From an uncultured Halochromatium sp. (GTDB lineage: Bacteria > Pseudomonadota > Gammaproteobacteria > Chromatiales > Chromatiaceae), in contig CAZEZH010000002.1 of assembly GCA_964516305.1 (NCBI GenBank), positions 11,818-75,817 on the forward strand: a DNA stretch of 64,000 nucleotides, read 5' to 3'. Position 1 is the first letter of the stretch; each line of letters begins with the position of its first letter. Shown here piece after piece: positions 1-11,649 of this stretch. The position numbers and the translations under genes were made by a program. The notes under the pieces were generated by a model. It ran no database searches, was not told the origin of the DNA, and was given only the letters and a program-made list of their open reading frames with translations.

Positions 1-139
1 CTGGCATCACAGCTGACTGCTTCCACTCGGGCGGATACTTGGCGACATGCTTGTCGATCTCGGCGCGCAGCTCGGGCGTGAGCAGCGTCTCCTTGTCGAC
101 ATCCTGAATGACCGCGAGCGGTGTATTGCGAAAACTCAT
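1..139 (-). CDS. nuoE: NADH-quinone oxidoreductase subunit E, N-terminal part (runs off window)
   Basis: Manual translation [46 protein letters not shown]; ATG overlaps the nuoD stop (TGATG); operon order. Confidence 0.9.
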   Translation of the reverse strand, partial: MSFRNTPLAVIQDVDKETLLTPELRAEIDKHVAKYPPEWKQSAVMP

Positions 140-1398
140 CAGCGGTCGATCTCCCCAAACACGATATCCATGGTGCCGATGATCGCAACCACATCGGCCA
201 GCATGTGGCCCTTGGCCATCTCATCCATCGCCGCGAGATGCGGAAAGCCGGGCGCCCTGACCTTGAGACGATAGGGCTTGTTGGCGCCATCGCAAACGAT
301 GTAGCAGCCAAACTCACCCTTGGGCGCCTCGACCGCAGCATAGACCTCACCGGGCGGCGGACAATAGCCCTCGGTGAAGAGCTTAAAGTGGTGGATCAAC
401 GCCTCCATGTCGTCCTTCATACCGACGCGTGTCGGCGGCACGACCTTGTGGTCGTCAACCATCACCGGGCCGGGGTTGGCGCGCAGCCAGTCGATGCATT
501 GCTTGACGATGCGATTGGACTGGCGCATCTCCTCGATGCGCACCAGATAGCGATCGTAGCAATCGCCGTTCTGGCCCACCGGGATATCGAAGTCGACCTG
601 ATCATAGGCCGCATAGGGCTGCATCTTACGCAGGTCCCAGGCGATTCCGGAGCCACGGAGCATCGGACCGGTAAAGCCGAGATTCTTGGCGCGATCGGCA
701 TCGACCACGCCGATGCCGACGGTGCGCTGCTTCCAAATCCGGTTGTCGGTGAGTAGGGTCTCATATTCATCGACCAGCTTTGGGAAGCGCTCGCTGAAGT
801 CCTCGATGAAATCGAGCAAGGAGCCGCTGCGGGGCTTGTTGAGCCTGCGCATGGTGCCCTTGCCGTGCCACTTGGAGCTTTCCTCGGCGAAACGCGGCAT
901 CTGCTCGGGCAGATCGCGGTAGACCCCGCCCGGACGATAGTAGGTCGCATGCAGGCGCGCACCCGAAACCGCCTCGTAGCAGTCCATCAGGTCCTCGCGC
1001 TCGCGGAAGCAATAGAGGAAGACGCTCATCGCGCCGACATCGAGCGCGTGCGCCCCGAGCCACATCAGGTGGTTCAGGATGCGGGTGATCTCGTCGAACA
1101 GAGTGCGGATATATTGCGCACGGATCGGCGCCTCGATGCCAAGCAGTTTCTCGATCGCGCGCACGTAACCGTGCTCGTTGCACATCATTGAGACGTAGTC
1201 GAGCCGGTCCATGTAGCCGATCGACTGGTTGTACGGCTTCGATTCGGCAAGCTTCTCAGTCGCGCGATGCAAAAGCCCGATGTGCGGATCAGCGCGCTCG
1301 ATGATCTCGCCATCCATCTCCAACACGAGCCGCAGCACACCATGCGCGGCCGGATGCTGGGGCCCGAAGTTCAGCGTGTAGTTGCGAATCTCAGGCAT
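139..1398 (-). CDS. nuoD: NADH-quinone oxidoreductase subunit D
   Basis: [23 protein letters not shown]-terminal DIVFGEIDR; start set at MPEIRNY. Confidence 0.97.
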   Translation of the reverse strand: MPEIRNYTLNFGPQHPAAHGVLRLVLEMDGEIIERADPHIGLLHRATEKLAESKPYNQSIGYMDRLDYVSMMCNEHGYVRAIEKLLGIEAPIRAQYIRTLFDEITRILNHLMWLGAHALDVGAMSVFLYCFREREDLMDCYEAVSGARLHATYYRPGGVYRDLPEQMPRFAEESSKWHGKGTMRRLNKPRSGSLLDFIEDFSERFPKLVDEYETLLTDNRIWKQRTVGIGVVDADRAKNLGFTGPMLRGSGIAWDLRKMQPYAAYDQVDFDIPVGQNGDCYDRYLVRIEEMRQSNRIVKQCIDWLRANPGPVMVDDHKVVPPTRVGMKDDMEALIHHFKLFTEGYCPPPGEVYAAVEAPKGEFGCYIVCDGANKPYRLKVRAPGFPHLAAMDEMAKGHMLADVVAIIGTMDIVFGEIDR

Positions 1399-2122
1399 CA
1401 GCTGCGTCCTTGGCACCGGTCACGGCCGGATGGTCGTCATCGAGGTAGCGGCTGTCGTCCCGGATGACCTTAGGCACGAGCACCCGAGGCTCGATCTCGA
1501 CCGGCTCGTAGACCACGCGTGCTTGATCTGGATCATAGCGCATCGCGACATGGCCGCTGAGCGGGAAGTCTTTACGGAACGGGTGGCCGACGAACCCGTA
1601 ATCGGTCAGGATGCGGCGCAGGTCTGGATGGCCGTCGAACAGGATGCCAAACAGATCAAAGGCCTCGCGCTCGAACCAATCGGCCCCAGACCAGATCGAG
1701 ACAACAGAGGGCACCATGGGCTGGGCTCCACCGGTTCGAACGACCAGACGCAAGCGCCAATTATGCGCCAGCGAAAGTAGGTGGTAGACGACGGCAAAGC
1801 GATCTGATTGATCAGTCTCGAACTCAAGGTCGCGGTCAACGCCACGGCCAAATCCAAAATGTGACGCCTCAGTCGTCGCCCATTCGGACTGGCCGTAGGC
1901 CGCATAGTCAACGCCGCAGAGGTCGATCAACTGCTCAAAGCCAAACTCGTTCTCGTCTCGCAGTCGGGTGCAGGCCTCGACGAGCGCGGTTGCCGGCAGT
2001 CTAAGGGTCAGCTCACCGCGATCGGCATTAAGCTGCCCGCCTGCTGCAGCGAAGCTTTCACTCAGTCGTGTCGCGAGGAGGTCGAGACCTGAGTCGCCGG
2101 TGGTGATGGTCGGATCAGACAT
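1391..2122 (-). CDS. nuoC: NADH-quinone oxidoreductase subunit C
   Basis: [40 protein letters not shown] signature. Confidence 0.97.
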   Translation of the reverse strand: MSDPTITTGDSGLDLLATRLSESFAAAGGQLNADRGELTLRLPATALVEACTRLRDENEFGFEQLIDLCGVDYAAYGQSEWATTEASHFGFGRGVDRDLEFETDQSDRFAVVYHLLSLAHNWRLRLVVRTGGAQPMVPSVVSIWSGADWFEREAFDLFGILFDGHPDLRRILTDYGFVGHPFRKDFPLSGHVAMRYDPDQARVVYEPVEIEPRVLVPKVIRDDSRYLDDDHPAVTGAKDAADA

Positions 2123-2167
2123 AGATACGCATGGGTACGCTGGATAGGCTACGCCGAACGTTGAGGG

Positions 2168-2644
2168 TCATCGCGCGATGGTGTTGGTGCGACGAATCTT
2201 GTTTTGCAGCTGCAGGATGCCGTAAAGCAGCGCCTCCGCGGTCGGCGGACAGCCGGGCACATAGACATCCACCGGCACAATACGATCACAGCCGCGAACC
2301 ACAGAGTAAGAATAGTGGTAGTAGCCGCCACCGTTGGCGCAAGACCCCATTGAGATCACCCAGCGCGGCTCAGCCATCTGGTCATAGACCTTGCGCAAGG
2401 CGGGCGCCATCTTGTTCACCAGTGTGCCGGCAACGATCATGACGTCGGATTGCCGCGGGCTCGGGCGAAAGATGATGCCGAACCGATCGAGGTCGTAGCG
2501 TGCGGCACCGGCATGCATCATCTCCACCGCGCAACAGGCGAGCCCAAAGGTCATGGGCCAAAGCGAGCCGGTGCGCGCCCAGTTGATAAGTTTGTCGGCG
2601 GTTGTCGTGACAACGCCTTCTTCAAGAATGCCTTCAATGCCCAT
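2168..2644 (-). CDS. nuoB: NADH-quinone oxidoreductase subunit B
   Basis: [24 protein letters not shown] (N2 cluster ligands). Confidence 0.98.
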   Translation of the reverse strand: MGIEGILEEGVVTTTADKLINWARTGSLWPMTFGLACCAVEMMHAGAARYDLDRFGIIFRPSPRQSDVMIVAGTLVNKMAPALRKVYDQMAEPRWVISMGSCANGGGYYHYSYSVVRGCDRIVPVDVYVPGCPPTAEALLYGILQLQNKIRRTNTIAR

Positions 2645-2700
2645 GGCAACCCCCTAAATCAGCCGTTCCAGTGTCGTGACAGCATGAACGCAGTCGCCGG

Positions 2701-3057
2701 TTATTCCCAGTCGAGCGCGCCCTTGCGCCACTCGTAGATGAAGCCGATGACAAGGACAGCAAGGAATACAGACATGGCGAGCAGCCCTGCCGTGCCCAAC
2801 TCCTCGAGCACGACGGCCCAGGGAAACAGGAACGCGATCTCGAGATCGAACAGGATGAAGAGAATAGCAACCAGGTAGTAGCGCACATCGAATTTCATGC
2901 GCGCACTCTCGAATGCATCGAAACCGCATTCGTACGGGGCATCCTTCTCAGGGTCGGGTCGCCGAGGCCCAAGGAACATCCCGAGCACCCGCGGAACGAA
3001 ACCGATGAGGATAGCCACCACCAGGAAGATCAAGATATGAAGATAGTCTTCTAGCAT
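2701..3057 (-). CDS. nuoA: NADH-quinone oxidoreductase subunit A
   Basis: PYECGF, FILFDLE, KGALDWE; three hydrophobic segments. Confidence 0.97.
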   Translation of the reverse strand: MLEDYLHILIFLVVAILIGFVPRVLGMFLGPRRPDPEKDAPYECGFDAFESARMKFDVRYYLVAILFILFDLEIAFLFPWAVVLEELGTAGLLAMSVFLAVLVIGFIYEWRKGALDWE

Positions 3058-3108
3058 CCGGTGGCGACTCCAAGAACGAGGTCGATTTACGCGACGAAAA
3101 GCCGCTGT

Positions 3109-3137
3109 ATGCTAGTTCAGACACCCCCAGCTGTCAA
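3109..3137 (-). promoter_or_regulatory. Putative sigma70 promoter of the nuo operon
   Basis: Minus strand TTGACA-N17-TAGCAT about 50 nt upstream of nuoA. Confidence 0.6.
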
Positions 3138-3189
3138 GCAATCGAAACAATGCAATGTAATGCGATTCAATAGCTTAGGGATTGTCTGG

Positions 3190-3227
3190 AAAAACTAAAG
3201 GCGGCCCCCGCCCAGGGGGACCGCCTT
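3190..3227 (-). terminator. Intrinsic terminator after tRNA-Leu
   Basis: GC-rich hairpin AAGGCGG-CCCCC...GGGGG-CCGCCTT followed by a T-rich tract on the minus strand. Confidence 0.65.
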
Positions 3228-3234
3228 GATCAAT

Positions 3235-3319
3235 TGGTGCCGACGGCCGGACTCGAACCGGCACGGCTTACGCCACTGCCCCCTCAAGACAGCGTGTCTA
3301 CCAATTCCACCACGTCGGC
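3235..3319 (-). tRNA. tRNA-Leu(GAG)
   Basis: 85 nt, GCCGACGTGGTGGAATTGGTAGAC...CTTGAGGG...GGTTCGAGTCC...CACCA with long variable arm; usual secG-tRNA-Leu position. Confidence 0.96.
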
Positions 3320-3404
3320 AAATCAAAGAGCATTATCGCAGTTTTTGCAGCCAGCGGATGACAAGGCTTCCAACTCGTCCGCCTCTCGTCATCCGGTCAC
3401 CCCA

Positions 3405-3914
3405 TCAATCCACGGCAGGCAGATCACCTCCTGAAGAGGAAGGACTTGTCGCTGACGTGTCCGCAGCGTCAGGGTCAACGCTTTGTTGGTCAACCGGCAG
3501 CGGCGGCAGATCACCCAAAGCGGCAGGTGATGCATCACTCGGCGGGGTGGCAGGTACCGCCGGCAGATCGCTGTCGGCATCTGAGCTACCGGCCGAGTCG
3601 GGCGCAGGGATCTCGCGGCGCTGCTCAGACGGCGCCACTGGCACCGAGCTGTCGATGCCCTCCATCAAACCACCTGGCTCACCCACACGCGCGGCAAAGT
3701 AGGCGAGTGCAATGCTGGTGACAAAGAACAGCGTTGCGATGACCGCGGTCGATCGCGACAAGAAGGAACCCGAGCCCTGCGCACCGAAGACCGTCGATGA
3801 GGCACCGCTGCCAAAGGCAGCACCCGCATCGGCACCCTTGCCGTGCTGAAGCAACACGAGTGCAATCATGCCGATCGCGAGAACCAGATGAAGAACGGTC
3901 AAGATGAGCTGCAT
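3405..3914 (-). CDS. secG: Preprotein translocase subunit SecG with a long acidic Pro-rich C-terminal tail
   Basis: LVLLQHGKGADAGAAFGSGASSTVFG; downstream of tpiA. Confidence 0.95.
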   Translation of the reverse strand: MQLILTVLHLVLAIGMIALVLLQHGKGADAGAAFGSGASSTVFGAQGSGSFLSRSTAVIATLFFVTSIALAYFAARVGEPGGLMEGIDSSVPVAPSEQRREIPAPDSAGSSDADSDLPAVPATPPSDASPAALGDLPPLPVDQQSVDPDAADTSATSPSSSGGDLPAVD

Positions 3915-3964
3915 TGGATTTCTCAGTCCGCCGCGTAACCTGGCAGGGCTACGTCGGCAATCGG

Positions 3965-4726
3965 TTAGGCGTTGGCGTCGCCGGCTTTGCAGATCGTCAG
4001 GAAGTCGGTCGCCTTCAGTGCTGCACCACCGATCAGACCGCCGTCGATATCGGCCTGAGCCATCAACTCATGGGCATTACCTGGCTTCATGCTGCCGCCG
4101 TAAAGGATGCGAATGCCGGCCGCAACCTCGGCGTTCTTCTTCGCGATCCGCGACCTAAGAAAGGCGTGAACCTCCTGTGCCTGCTCAGGGGTGGCCGTAA
4201 CGCCGGTGCCGATCGCCCAGACCGGCTCGTAGGCGACAACCCCCTTGGCTAAGGCCTCTGCGCCCGCGGAATCTAACACCGCGTCGAGATGACGAGCAAC
4301 GACCTCCTCCGTCTTACCCTGCTCACGCTCATCCAAGGTCTCACCGACACAGAGGATCGGCGTCAGCCCATGCGCCACTACGACAGCGTACTTGCGCGCA
4401 ATGATGGCATCGGTCTCGGCGTTGAATAGGCGACGCTCGGAATGGCCCAGGATCGCGTAGGTGCAGCCGAAGTCCTGAAGCATGCTCGCTGAGACCTGAC
4501 CGGTAAAGGCGCCGGACTCTTCGCGCGAACAATCTTGCGAGCCATAACGGACCGCACTCCCCTTGAGCATATCTTCGGCCAAATACAGGTAAGGGAATGG
4601 CGGGCAGACGGCGACTTCGGACGCCGTAATCTCACCGACGCCGGCCTTGATGCCGTTCAACAGCTCAACCGTCTCGGTCTTGCTGCCATTCATCTTCCAG
4701 TTACCTGCGATCAGAGGCTGACGCAT
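3965..4726 (-). CDS. tpiA: Triosephosphate isomerase
   Basis: [29 protein letters not shown]; start set at MRQPLIAG. Confidence 0.98.
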   Translation of the reverse strand: MRQPLIAGNWKMNGSKTETVELLNGIKAGVGEITASEVAVCPPFPYLYLAEDMLKGSAVRYGSQDCSREESGAFTGQVSASMLQDFGCTYAILGHSERRLFNAETDAIIARKYAVVVAHGLTPILCVGETLDEREQGKTEEVVARHLDAVLDSAGAEALAKGVVAYEPVWAIGTGVTATPEQAQEVHAFLRSRIAKKNAEVAAGIRILYGGSMKPGNAHELMAQADIDGGLIGGAALKATDFLTICKAGDANA

Positions 4727-4839
4727 GACTGTCTCCCAAAGAAAAGAGCCGATCATCTTAGCGACCTATCCCCGGTCATGCAAGCGACGACTTGAGAAAG
4801 GTGCTTCCGTCTCGCTGGTTGGTAGCTTAGACTGTCGAG

Positions 4840-5319
4840 ATGTCAAAAGGAAAGAAGAAAGCTGGCACCCCAAGCAGCACCATTGCGCTGAACAAGAAGG
4901 CGAAGCACGAGTATCAGATCGAGCAGCGCCTTGAGGCCGGCCTCGCCCTCGAGGGCTGGGAGGTCAAGGGCCTGCGCGCCGGACGCGTTCAGCTCAAAGA
5001 GGCCTACGTCAAGATCTTGCATGGCGAGGGCTTCTTGATCGGCTGCCATGTCTCGCCGCTACCCTCCGCCTCGACCCACGTCGAGCCCGACCCAACGCGG
5101 ACCCGCAAGCTGCTGCTCAAGCGCACCGAACTCAGTCGCCTCATTGGCCAGACCGAGCGCGCCGGCTATACGATCGTGCCGCTCGCCATGTACTGGAAAC
5201 GCGGTCGTGCCAAGCTCGAAATCGGGCTCGCCAAAGGCAAGAAGCTGCATGACAAGCGCGCTGACGCCAAGGAGCGCGACTGGCAGCGCGAGAAAGAGCG
5301 CATCTTCAAGCAGCACTAG
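4840..5319 (+). CDS. smpB: SsrA-binding protein
   Basis: [29 protein letters not shown]. Confidence 0.97.
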   Translation: MSKGKKKAGTPSSTIALNKKAKHEYQIEQRLEAGLALEGWEVKGLRAGRVQLKEAYVKILHGEGFLIGCHVSPLPSASTHVEPDPTRTRKLLLKRTELSRLIGQTERAGYTIVPLAMYWKRGRAKLEIGLAKGKKLHDKRADAKERDWQREKERIFKQH

Positions 5320-5322
5320 CGA

Positions 5323-5775
5323 TCAATACTTACCCAGGGCCTTCATGACGGCCTTGTGGATGCTGTGGTAGGACAGCCCCGGCTTCAGATACATGACCGC
5401 GCAGGTGCCGGTTCGCAGATTGATGCCCTTCTCGGCCGCAAGCGCCACTGCTTCCGGCGTGTCATGCGCCATGTGGACCCAGACATCCTTGACGCCGGCT
5501 TCAGCCGCGCGTGCCACCCAATCGCGCGTTTCCTCCTTGGGCACCTCGATGATCAGGGCCTCAGGCTTCTGCGGCAGCGCGTCCAGCGACGCATAAGCCT
5601 GATCGCCACTGATACGCTCAGCGCTCTCATCGACCGGATATACCGTCTTGCCGAGGCGCTTGAGGCCCTTATAGCTCAGGATCGGGAACGGCTTGGAAGC
5701 ACTGTGGCCGATTACAGCGAAGCGCTCGACGTTGAAGAAGGTCTCGTAGTTTGACGGCACAGATGGAATCCTCAT
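5323..5775 (-). CDS. CoA-binding domain protein
   Basis: FAVIG...VYPV...AYASLDALP...GVKDVW...CAVMY pattern of CoA_binding_2 proteins. Confidence 0.75.
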   Translation of the reverse strand: MRIPSVPSNYETFFNVERFAVIGHSASKPFPILSYKGLKRLGKTVYPVDESAERISGDQAYASLDALPQKPEALIIEVPKEETRDWVARAAEAGVKDVWVHMAHDTPEAVALAAEKGINLRTGTCAVMYLKPGLSYHSIHKAVMKALGKY

Positions 5776-5851
5776 TCAGCGGGATGCAAAGGCCGCACAC
5801 GATACCCAAGCCGCGCGCAAACGACCTGGGGATTCGTCAACTCGACGGACG

Positions 5852-6784
5852 CTATCCGTCGGCCTGCTGAATACCAATGATGATCCAATCGCCCTCGGCG
5901 CTCGCCCAGAGGTGAGCGACATGCCAGATCTCATCCAGCGGGTTGGCGGCACCACTGACGTCCTCACGGATAAGGCCGGTGAAGCGCACGCTCGCGATAA
6001 GACGATCGTCATCGCGGCGCAGACCCAGCAACTCCGCATTTAGCCTGACCACCTCGGTATCGTTGGGCGCTGACCCCAAGGCCTCACGCTCACGCTTAAC
6101 CTCGGCGAAAAGTTCGGGCGAGGTGTACTCGCGGATATCGCGAAAATCGGACCGATCCCAAGCCGCTTGCAGCCGAATGAAGTGGGTCTTTGCACCCTCA
6201 ACGAAGGCCGCGCCATCAAACCAGTAGGGCGTGTCCGCGCCGGCGAGCGTCTCGCCAGGCGCAGCCTGAACATTGCCATCCATGGCGCCAGCCGCAGGCC
6301 GCTGCCCAGCTCCGACCCCGGCCATCGGTGGCATGACCGGACTCATCGAGCCACGGCCATAGGCCGCGGCAGGACCGCTGTGCACCCCCGCCGCATTGCG
6401 GCGCATCATCTTGAACAGCATCACGCCACCAAAGATCAGCAGCCCAATGAGCAGGAAGTCCATGATCTGAAAGCCATCGAAGGCATCGCCAAAGAACAGC
6501 GACGCGAGCAGGCCACCCGCCGCAAGGCCCGCGAGCGGTCCGAGCCAGCGACTGGCGCCACTGAGCGCAGGAGCGCCTTGTCGGGCGCCTGTGTTGGCGG
6601 CCTGGCCCTGCTGCGGTGGCTGCCGGGCAGCCTCTGATGGTCGCGGCGCCTGCGACTTCTGCGGAGCACTGAACTGCTTGCCCAGGCTGCGACCGCCGCC
6701 GAAGCGCTTGGCATCGGCTGGCTCCGGCGCCAGCAAGCCCCCAGCCACGAACAGGGTCAACAAAGCAACGATAAGCATCTTCAT
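5852..6784 (-). CDS. Tim44-like domain protein
   Basis: Signal peptide, AKRFGGGRSLG, WLGPLAGLAAGGLLASLF, FIRLQAAWD, C-terminal EIWH...WIIIGIQQ. Confidence 0.88.
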   Translation of the reverse strand: MKMLIVALLTLFVAGGLLAPEPADAKRFGGGRSLGKQFSAPQKSQAPRPSEAARQPPQQGQAANTGARQGAPALSGASRWLGPLAGLAAGGLLASLFFGDAFDGFQIMDFLLIGLLIFGGVMLFKMMRRNAAGVHSGPAAAYGRGSMSPVMPPMAGVGAGQRPAAGAMDGNVQAAPGETLAGADTPYWFDGAAFVEGAKTHFIRLQAAWDRSDFRDIREYTSPELFAEVKREREALGSAPNDTEVVRLNAELLGLRRDDDRLIASVRFTGLIREDVSGAANPLDEIWHVAHLWASAEGDWIIIGIQQADG

Positions 6785-6836
6785 CGTGGTTCTCGATATC
6801 CTCAGGGTGATAACAACACTGACCGGCGTTGCCGGG

Positions 6837-8693
6837 TCAGGGTTCTTCAGCAGCAGGACTGGAGGCCGCGGCGGACGACCCGCTCACATCGGCCTGCTTC
6901 GGCAGCAGCAGCGCCTTGCCGATGCCGCGGGGATCGCTCGCAGCCTCGACCGTCCCAGCCGCGCGATCCCAGACGATCAGCTGCATGTTGCCGAAATCCT
7001 GGTCGGCAAGGACCAAATCCTGTCCTCGGTCACGCAATTCGCGCTGCACAGAGTCGTCAAACGCTTCGGCCTCGAACAAGACCTGATCAGGAAGGTACTG
7101 GTGATGGAAGCGTGGTGCGGCAACCCAATCCTGCGGGTTACCGCCGTCGATGGCGGCAAGGATGCCATGCAGCACCATGGTGATGATCCGGCTGCCACCA
7201 GGTGTTCCTAAGATCACCACCTTGTCCTCCGAGATGGCGAAGGTCGGGCTCATGCTCGAGAGCATCCGCTTGCCAGGCGCGATGGCGTTGCTCTCGCCGC
7301 CAACCAGTCCGTAAGCATTCGGCACCCCAGGCTGGGCCGAGAAGTCATCCATCTCGTCGTTGAGCAAGACCCCGGTCCCCGGTGGCACAAACCCCGACCC
7401 GAAGGGATAATTGATGCTTAAGGTCGCCGCGACCCGGTTGCCGTCGCCGTCGAGCACCGAGAAGTGGGTTGTATCCTCACCTTCGGGCTCAAACGACAGC
7501 GGCGCGCTTGGGGTGGCACGCGTCGGGTCGATCCCGCGCGCGAGACCGGCCGCGTAGTAAGGATGTGTTAGCCGCTCAACCGGTATCTGAACCTGATCAG
7601 GATCGCCGAGATAGCGCGCGCGATCGCGGTAGGCGCGTCGCATCACCTCGACCAGACGATGCACCCGATCAGCGTTGCTGTCCGCCGGTCCGAGCCGGGC
7701 CTCGAGCGCTTCTAGCATACCGAGCATCTGTACCAGCGCTACACCGCCAGACGACGGCGGCGCGGCGCTGAGAACCTGCCAGTCCTGGTAGTGCCCGACA
7801 ATGGGGGCGCGCTCGATGACCTGATAGCTACTCAAATCCTCAAGGGTCCAAATACCGCCTGCGGCGCGCGTGCCTTCAACCAGCGCCTGCGCGATCGCGC
7901 CCTCGTAGAAGCCGGCATGGCCCTGAGCGGCAATCGCCTCGAGCACCACCGCCAACTCCGGCTGCCGGATGATGGCGCCGAGTTCGGGGACCTCGCCATC
8001 AACGAGAAACTGCGCCGCCGCGGCCGGCGCGGCCCGTAGCACATCCAATCGCCAAGCGGCCATCCGACGATAGATCTCGTCGACCGCAAAACCGTCGCGC
8101 GCCAGCCGGATCGCCGGGGCCAGGCTCTCAGCGAGTGGCAGCTTGCCGTAGCGCTCGGCGATATGCACCAGCGCCGCCGGCTCGCCGGGGATTCCTGCAG
8201 CGAGCGGCCCGTTAAGCGAGGCACCAGGGATCAGCTCGCCAGCATCGTCGAGGTAGAGATCGCGATTCGCGGCCAAGGGCGCGCACTCACGGCCATCAAT
8301 CATGACATCCTTGCCAGTCCGCGCCTGATGAAGCAGCCAGAAGCCGCCGCCGCCGATGCCAGAGCTGTAGGGCTCGACTACGGCAAGCACGGCACTGACG
8401 GTAACGGCTGCATCGAAGGCATTGCCGCCGGCAGCCATGATTGCTAGCCCGGCATCGGTCGCGGCTGGATGCGCCGCGGCAACCGCCATCGCCGGCGGCG
8501 TCTGCCCATCGTTCGCGGAAACGAAGCCGGAGCCCGCCTCAGAGCCATCCGCAACATCCCCGGACGCACCAGCAACATCGCCCGCGGCCATCCCCGAGAG
8601 AGGGAACACCAACAAGGCCAAGAGCGCTAACCGCAGGCGCCGTCCGACGAGCAAAAAAAGGCCCCCAGCGGGGGCCTTGAGACACTGAGCCAT
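6837..8693 (-). CDS. ggt: Gamma-glutamyltransferase (start approximate)
   Basis: GGNAFDAA, SGIGGGGF, TTHFS (Thr nucleophile), LNDEMDDF, LSSMSPT, DPRG; the ORF-track extension to 9083 overlaps the ferredoxin and is not accepted. Confidence 0.93.
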   Translation of the reverse strand: MAQCLKAPAGGLFLLVGRRLRLALLALLVFPLSGMAAGDVAGASGDVADGSEAGSGFVSANDGQTPPAMAVAAAHPAATDAGLAIMAAGGNAFDAAVTVSAVLAVVEPYSSGIGGGGFWLLHQARTGKDVMIDGRECAPLAANRDLYLDDAGELIPGASLNGPLAAGIPGEPAALVHIAERYGKLPLAESLAPAIRLARDGFAVDEIYRRMAAWRLDVLRAAPAAAAQFLVDGEVPELGAIIRQPELAVVLEAIAAQGHAGFYEGAIAQALVEGTRAAGGIWTLEDLSSYQVIERAPIVGHYQDWQVLSAAPPSSGGVALVQMLGMLEALEARLGPADSNADRVHRLVEVMRRAYRDRARYLGDPDQVQIPVERLTHPYYAAGLARGIDPTRATPSAPLSFEPEGEDTTHFSVLDGDGNRVAATLSINYPFGSGFVPPGTGVLLNDEMDDFSAQPGVPNAYGLVGGESNAIAPGKRMLSSMSPTFAISEDKVVILGTPGGSRIITMVLHGILAAIDGGNPQDWVAAPRFHHQYLPDQVLFEAEAFDDSVQRELRDRGQDLVLADQDFGNMQLIVWDRAAGTVEAASDPRGIGKALLLPKQADVSGSSAAASSPAAEEP

Positions 8694-8703
8694 CAGCCCC
8701 GAA

Positions 8704-9641
<938 letters not shown>

Positions 9642-9653
9642 TCAGCCTCTGCC

Positions 9654-10238
9654 TCAGCGCCCGCTGCCGGCCTCTGCCAGCGCATAGCGCACCTGCCCAG
9701 CGCATTTATCCCTTAGCCATCGCCAGTCTGAGGGTAAGGCTGGCAATGGCGTTGCCTTGTCGGCCTCGATATAGACCAGGGCACCAGCAGCCAGCCAGCC
9801 CCCCTCCGTCAGCCGAGCCAGGGCCGGCACCAGCAGCGCGGCATGAAACGGGGGATCTAGGAAACAGACGTCGAAGGCCGTCGTCGGCGCCTGAGCCAGC
9901 CACTCCAGCGTATCAGCGCAATGCACGCTCACCTGCCGAGCGCCTAGCTCGGCGGCATTGGCCCGCAGCCCGCGCACCACCGCGGGGCTGCGCTCGAGCA
10001 AGGTCACCGTCGCCGCCCCGCGCGAGGCCGCTTCAAGCCCAAGCGCACCGCTACCGGCAAAGCAATCCAAGCAGCGACTGCCTTCGATCACGGGCGCCAA
10101 CCAGTTGAAGAGCGTCTCGCGAACGCGATCAGCGGTCGGGCGCAGCCCCGGCTGCGACACCACAGGCAGCCGACGCCCCCGCCAGCAGCCGCCGATGATG
10201 CGGAGCTGACCGGGCTCAGTCCTGGCCGGACGCGGCAC
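9654..10238 (-). CDS. rsmD: 16S rRNA m2G966 methyltransferase (start approximate)
   Basis: LRIIGG, LRPTADRVRETLFNWL, DCFAGSGALG, FLDPPF. Confidence 0.95.
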   Translation of the reverse strand: MPRPARTEPGQLRIIGGCWRGRRLPVVSQPGLRPTADRVRETLFNWLAPVIEGSRCLDCFAGSGALGLEAASRGAATVTLLERSPAVVRGLRANAAELGARQVSVHCADTLEWLAQAPTTAFDVCFLDPPFHAALLVPALARLTEGGWLAAGALVYIEADKATPLPALPSDWRWLRDKCAGQVRYALAEAGSGR

Positions 10239-11649
10239 TAGACTCCTCGCCCGCAGCCCGGATCGGCGCTGCAGACGCAGGCTGAGCGTCAGTGGCATCG
10301 GTCGTCGCAGTCGGCTCGGCGGTCGCACCCACCGCCACCTGCGCCAATCGCGATGGGTGCACCCGGCGTTGGAAGGCGTCGCGGACCTGCTCGGCGGTCA
10401 GGGCGCGGATGCGATCCGGGAAGACCTCCAGGTAGTCCAACGGCAGGTCGTAGAACCCGATCACCGCCAGGTAGCTGACGATCTTGCTGTTGCCAGCGAT
10501 GCGCAACGGAAACCCGCCAGTGATGTTCTTGACGGCCGCATCAAGCTGCTCCTGGGTCGGCCCTTCCTCGATGAAACGGGTCAGGGTGTCCAACAGAACC
10601 CGCTGAGCCGCGTCGGCTTGAGCGTTCTGGGTCTGCAGGCCCATCACCAGAGGACCCCTGCGCTCTAAAGGCAGAAAGTAGCTGTAGACGCTGTATGAGA
10701 GTCCGCGCTTCTCGCGCACCTCTTTCATCAACAACGAGACTAGACCGCTACCCCCCAGGATGTGATTCCCGAGATAGAGCGCGAAGTAGTCTGGATCACC
10801 ACGCCGCATCCCAGGCTGCCCAAGGTAGAGATGCGTCTGACTGGATGGAAACTCGATCTGCTCAATCTCTGGCTGCTCCAGCGGAGGCACCGGCGGTAGC
10901 GGAGGCGGGGGTTCCACTGACGGCAGTGCGGCGGAGAGACGGGCGGCGAGCGACTCGGCCTGAGACCGGTCCAGCGCCCCAACGATCGCGATGGTGGCAT
11001 TGACCGCCCCATAGAAACGGCGATGGAAAGCGCGCAGGTCCTCCGGTGTCAGCGCGGCAACCGCCTCTGGGGTTCCACTCGGGTTGGACGCATAGGGATG
11101 GTCCCGAAAGATCGCTCGATAAAGCGCCTTCTGACCCACGTCACCGGGGTCCTGCTCGGCCAGCCGCAGCGCGATCAGTCGATTTTGCCGCACGCGCTCG
11201 AACTCTGCGGGGTCGAAGGTCGGCGCACTCAGAACCCGAATCAGTGTGTCCAGCGCTACCTCGAGCGCATCGGGATCAGTCAACGAGCGCAGTCGCGCAA
11301 AGCTGGTATCGCGATCGGTGCCAATACCCATTTCGGCACCAACAGCCTCAACGCGCTCAGCGATGGCATCGGCATCGAGCCCTGCCGCGCCTTCGGTGAG
11401 CATCGCCGAGGTCAGCGATGCGAGGCCAGGCTTGGACCCGTCGCGCGCGCTTCCTGCATCGAAGACCAACCGCACATCAACCATCGGCAGCTCTTCGGCC
11501 GCGACGAAAAGTACCTTTGCGCCAGCTGCTGTGCGCCAGCTCTGGATCTCGGGCATCGCTTGAGCGGCCTGGCCCCAGATCGCTGTGAGTCCGACCAGCG
11601 CAGCCAGCAGGCCGCGAAAAAGGGGCATCGGAGCAGGTCTAGCGAACAT
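10216..11649 (-). CDS. M16 family peptidase, probably the non-catalytic subunit
   Basis: M16 sequence features (FDAGSARD, VREKRGLSYSV) but no HXXEH; signal peptide. Confidence 0.88.
   Translation of the reverse strand: MFARPAPMPLFRGLLAALVGLTAIWGQAAQAMPEIQSWRTAAGAKVLFVAAEELPMVDVRLVFDAGSARDGSKPGLASLTSAMLTEGAAGLDADAIAERVEAVGAEMGIGTDRDTSFARLRSLTDPDALEVALDTLIRVLSAPTFDPAEFERVRQNRLIALRLAEQDPGDVGQKALYRAIFRDHPYASNPSGTPEAVAALTPEDLRAFHRRFYGAVNATIAIVGALDRSQAESLAARLSAALPSVEPPPPLPPVPPLEQPEIEQIEFPSSQTHLYLGQPGMRRGDPDYFALYLGNHILGGSGLVSLLMKEVREKRGLSYSVYSYFLPLERRGPLVMGLQTQNAQADAAQRVLLDTLTRFIEEGPTQEQLDAAVKNITGGFPLRIAGNSKIVSYLAVIGFYDLPLDYLEVFPDRIRALTAEQVRDAFQRRVHPSRLAQVAVGATAEPTATTDATDAQPASAAPIRAAGEESSAASGQD

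Noticed and set aside
3235-3319. tRNA genes as island integration sites (also 31521-31724)
   Set aside because: All three are flanked by core genes; no duplicated tRNA 3' end noticed.
4840-5400. tmRNA next to smpB
   Set aside because: Flanks are filled by tpiA and a convergent CDS; no ssrA-like sequence seen.
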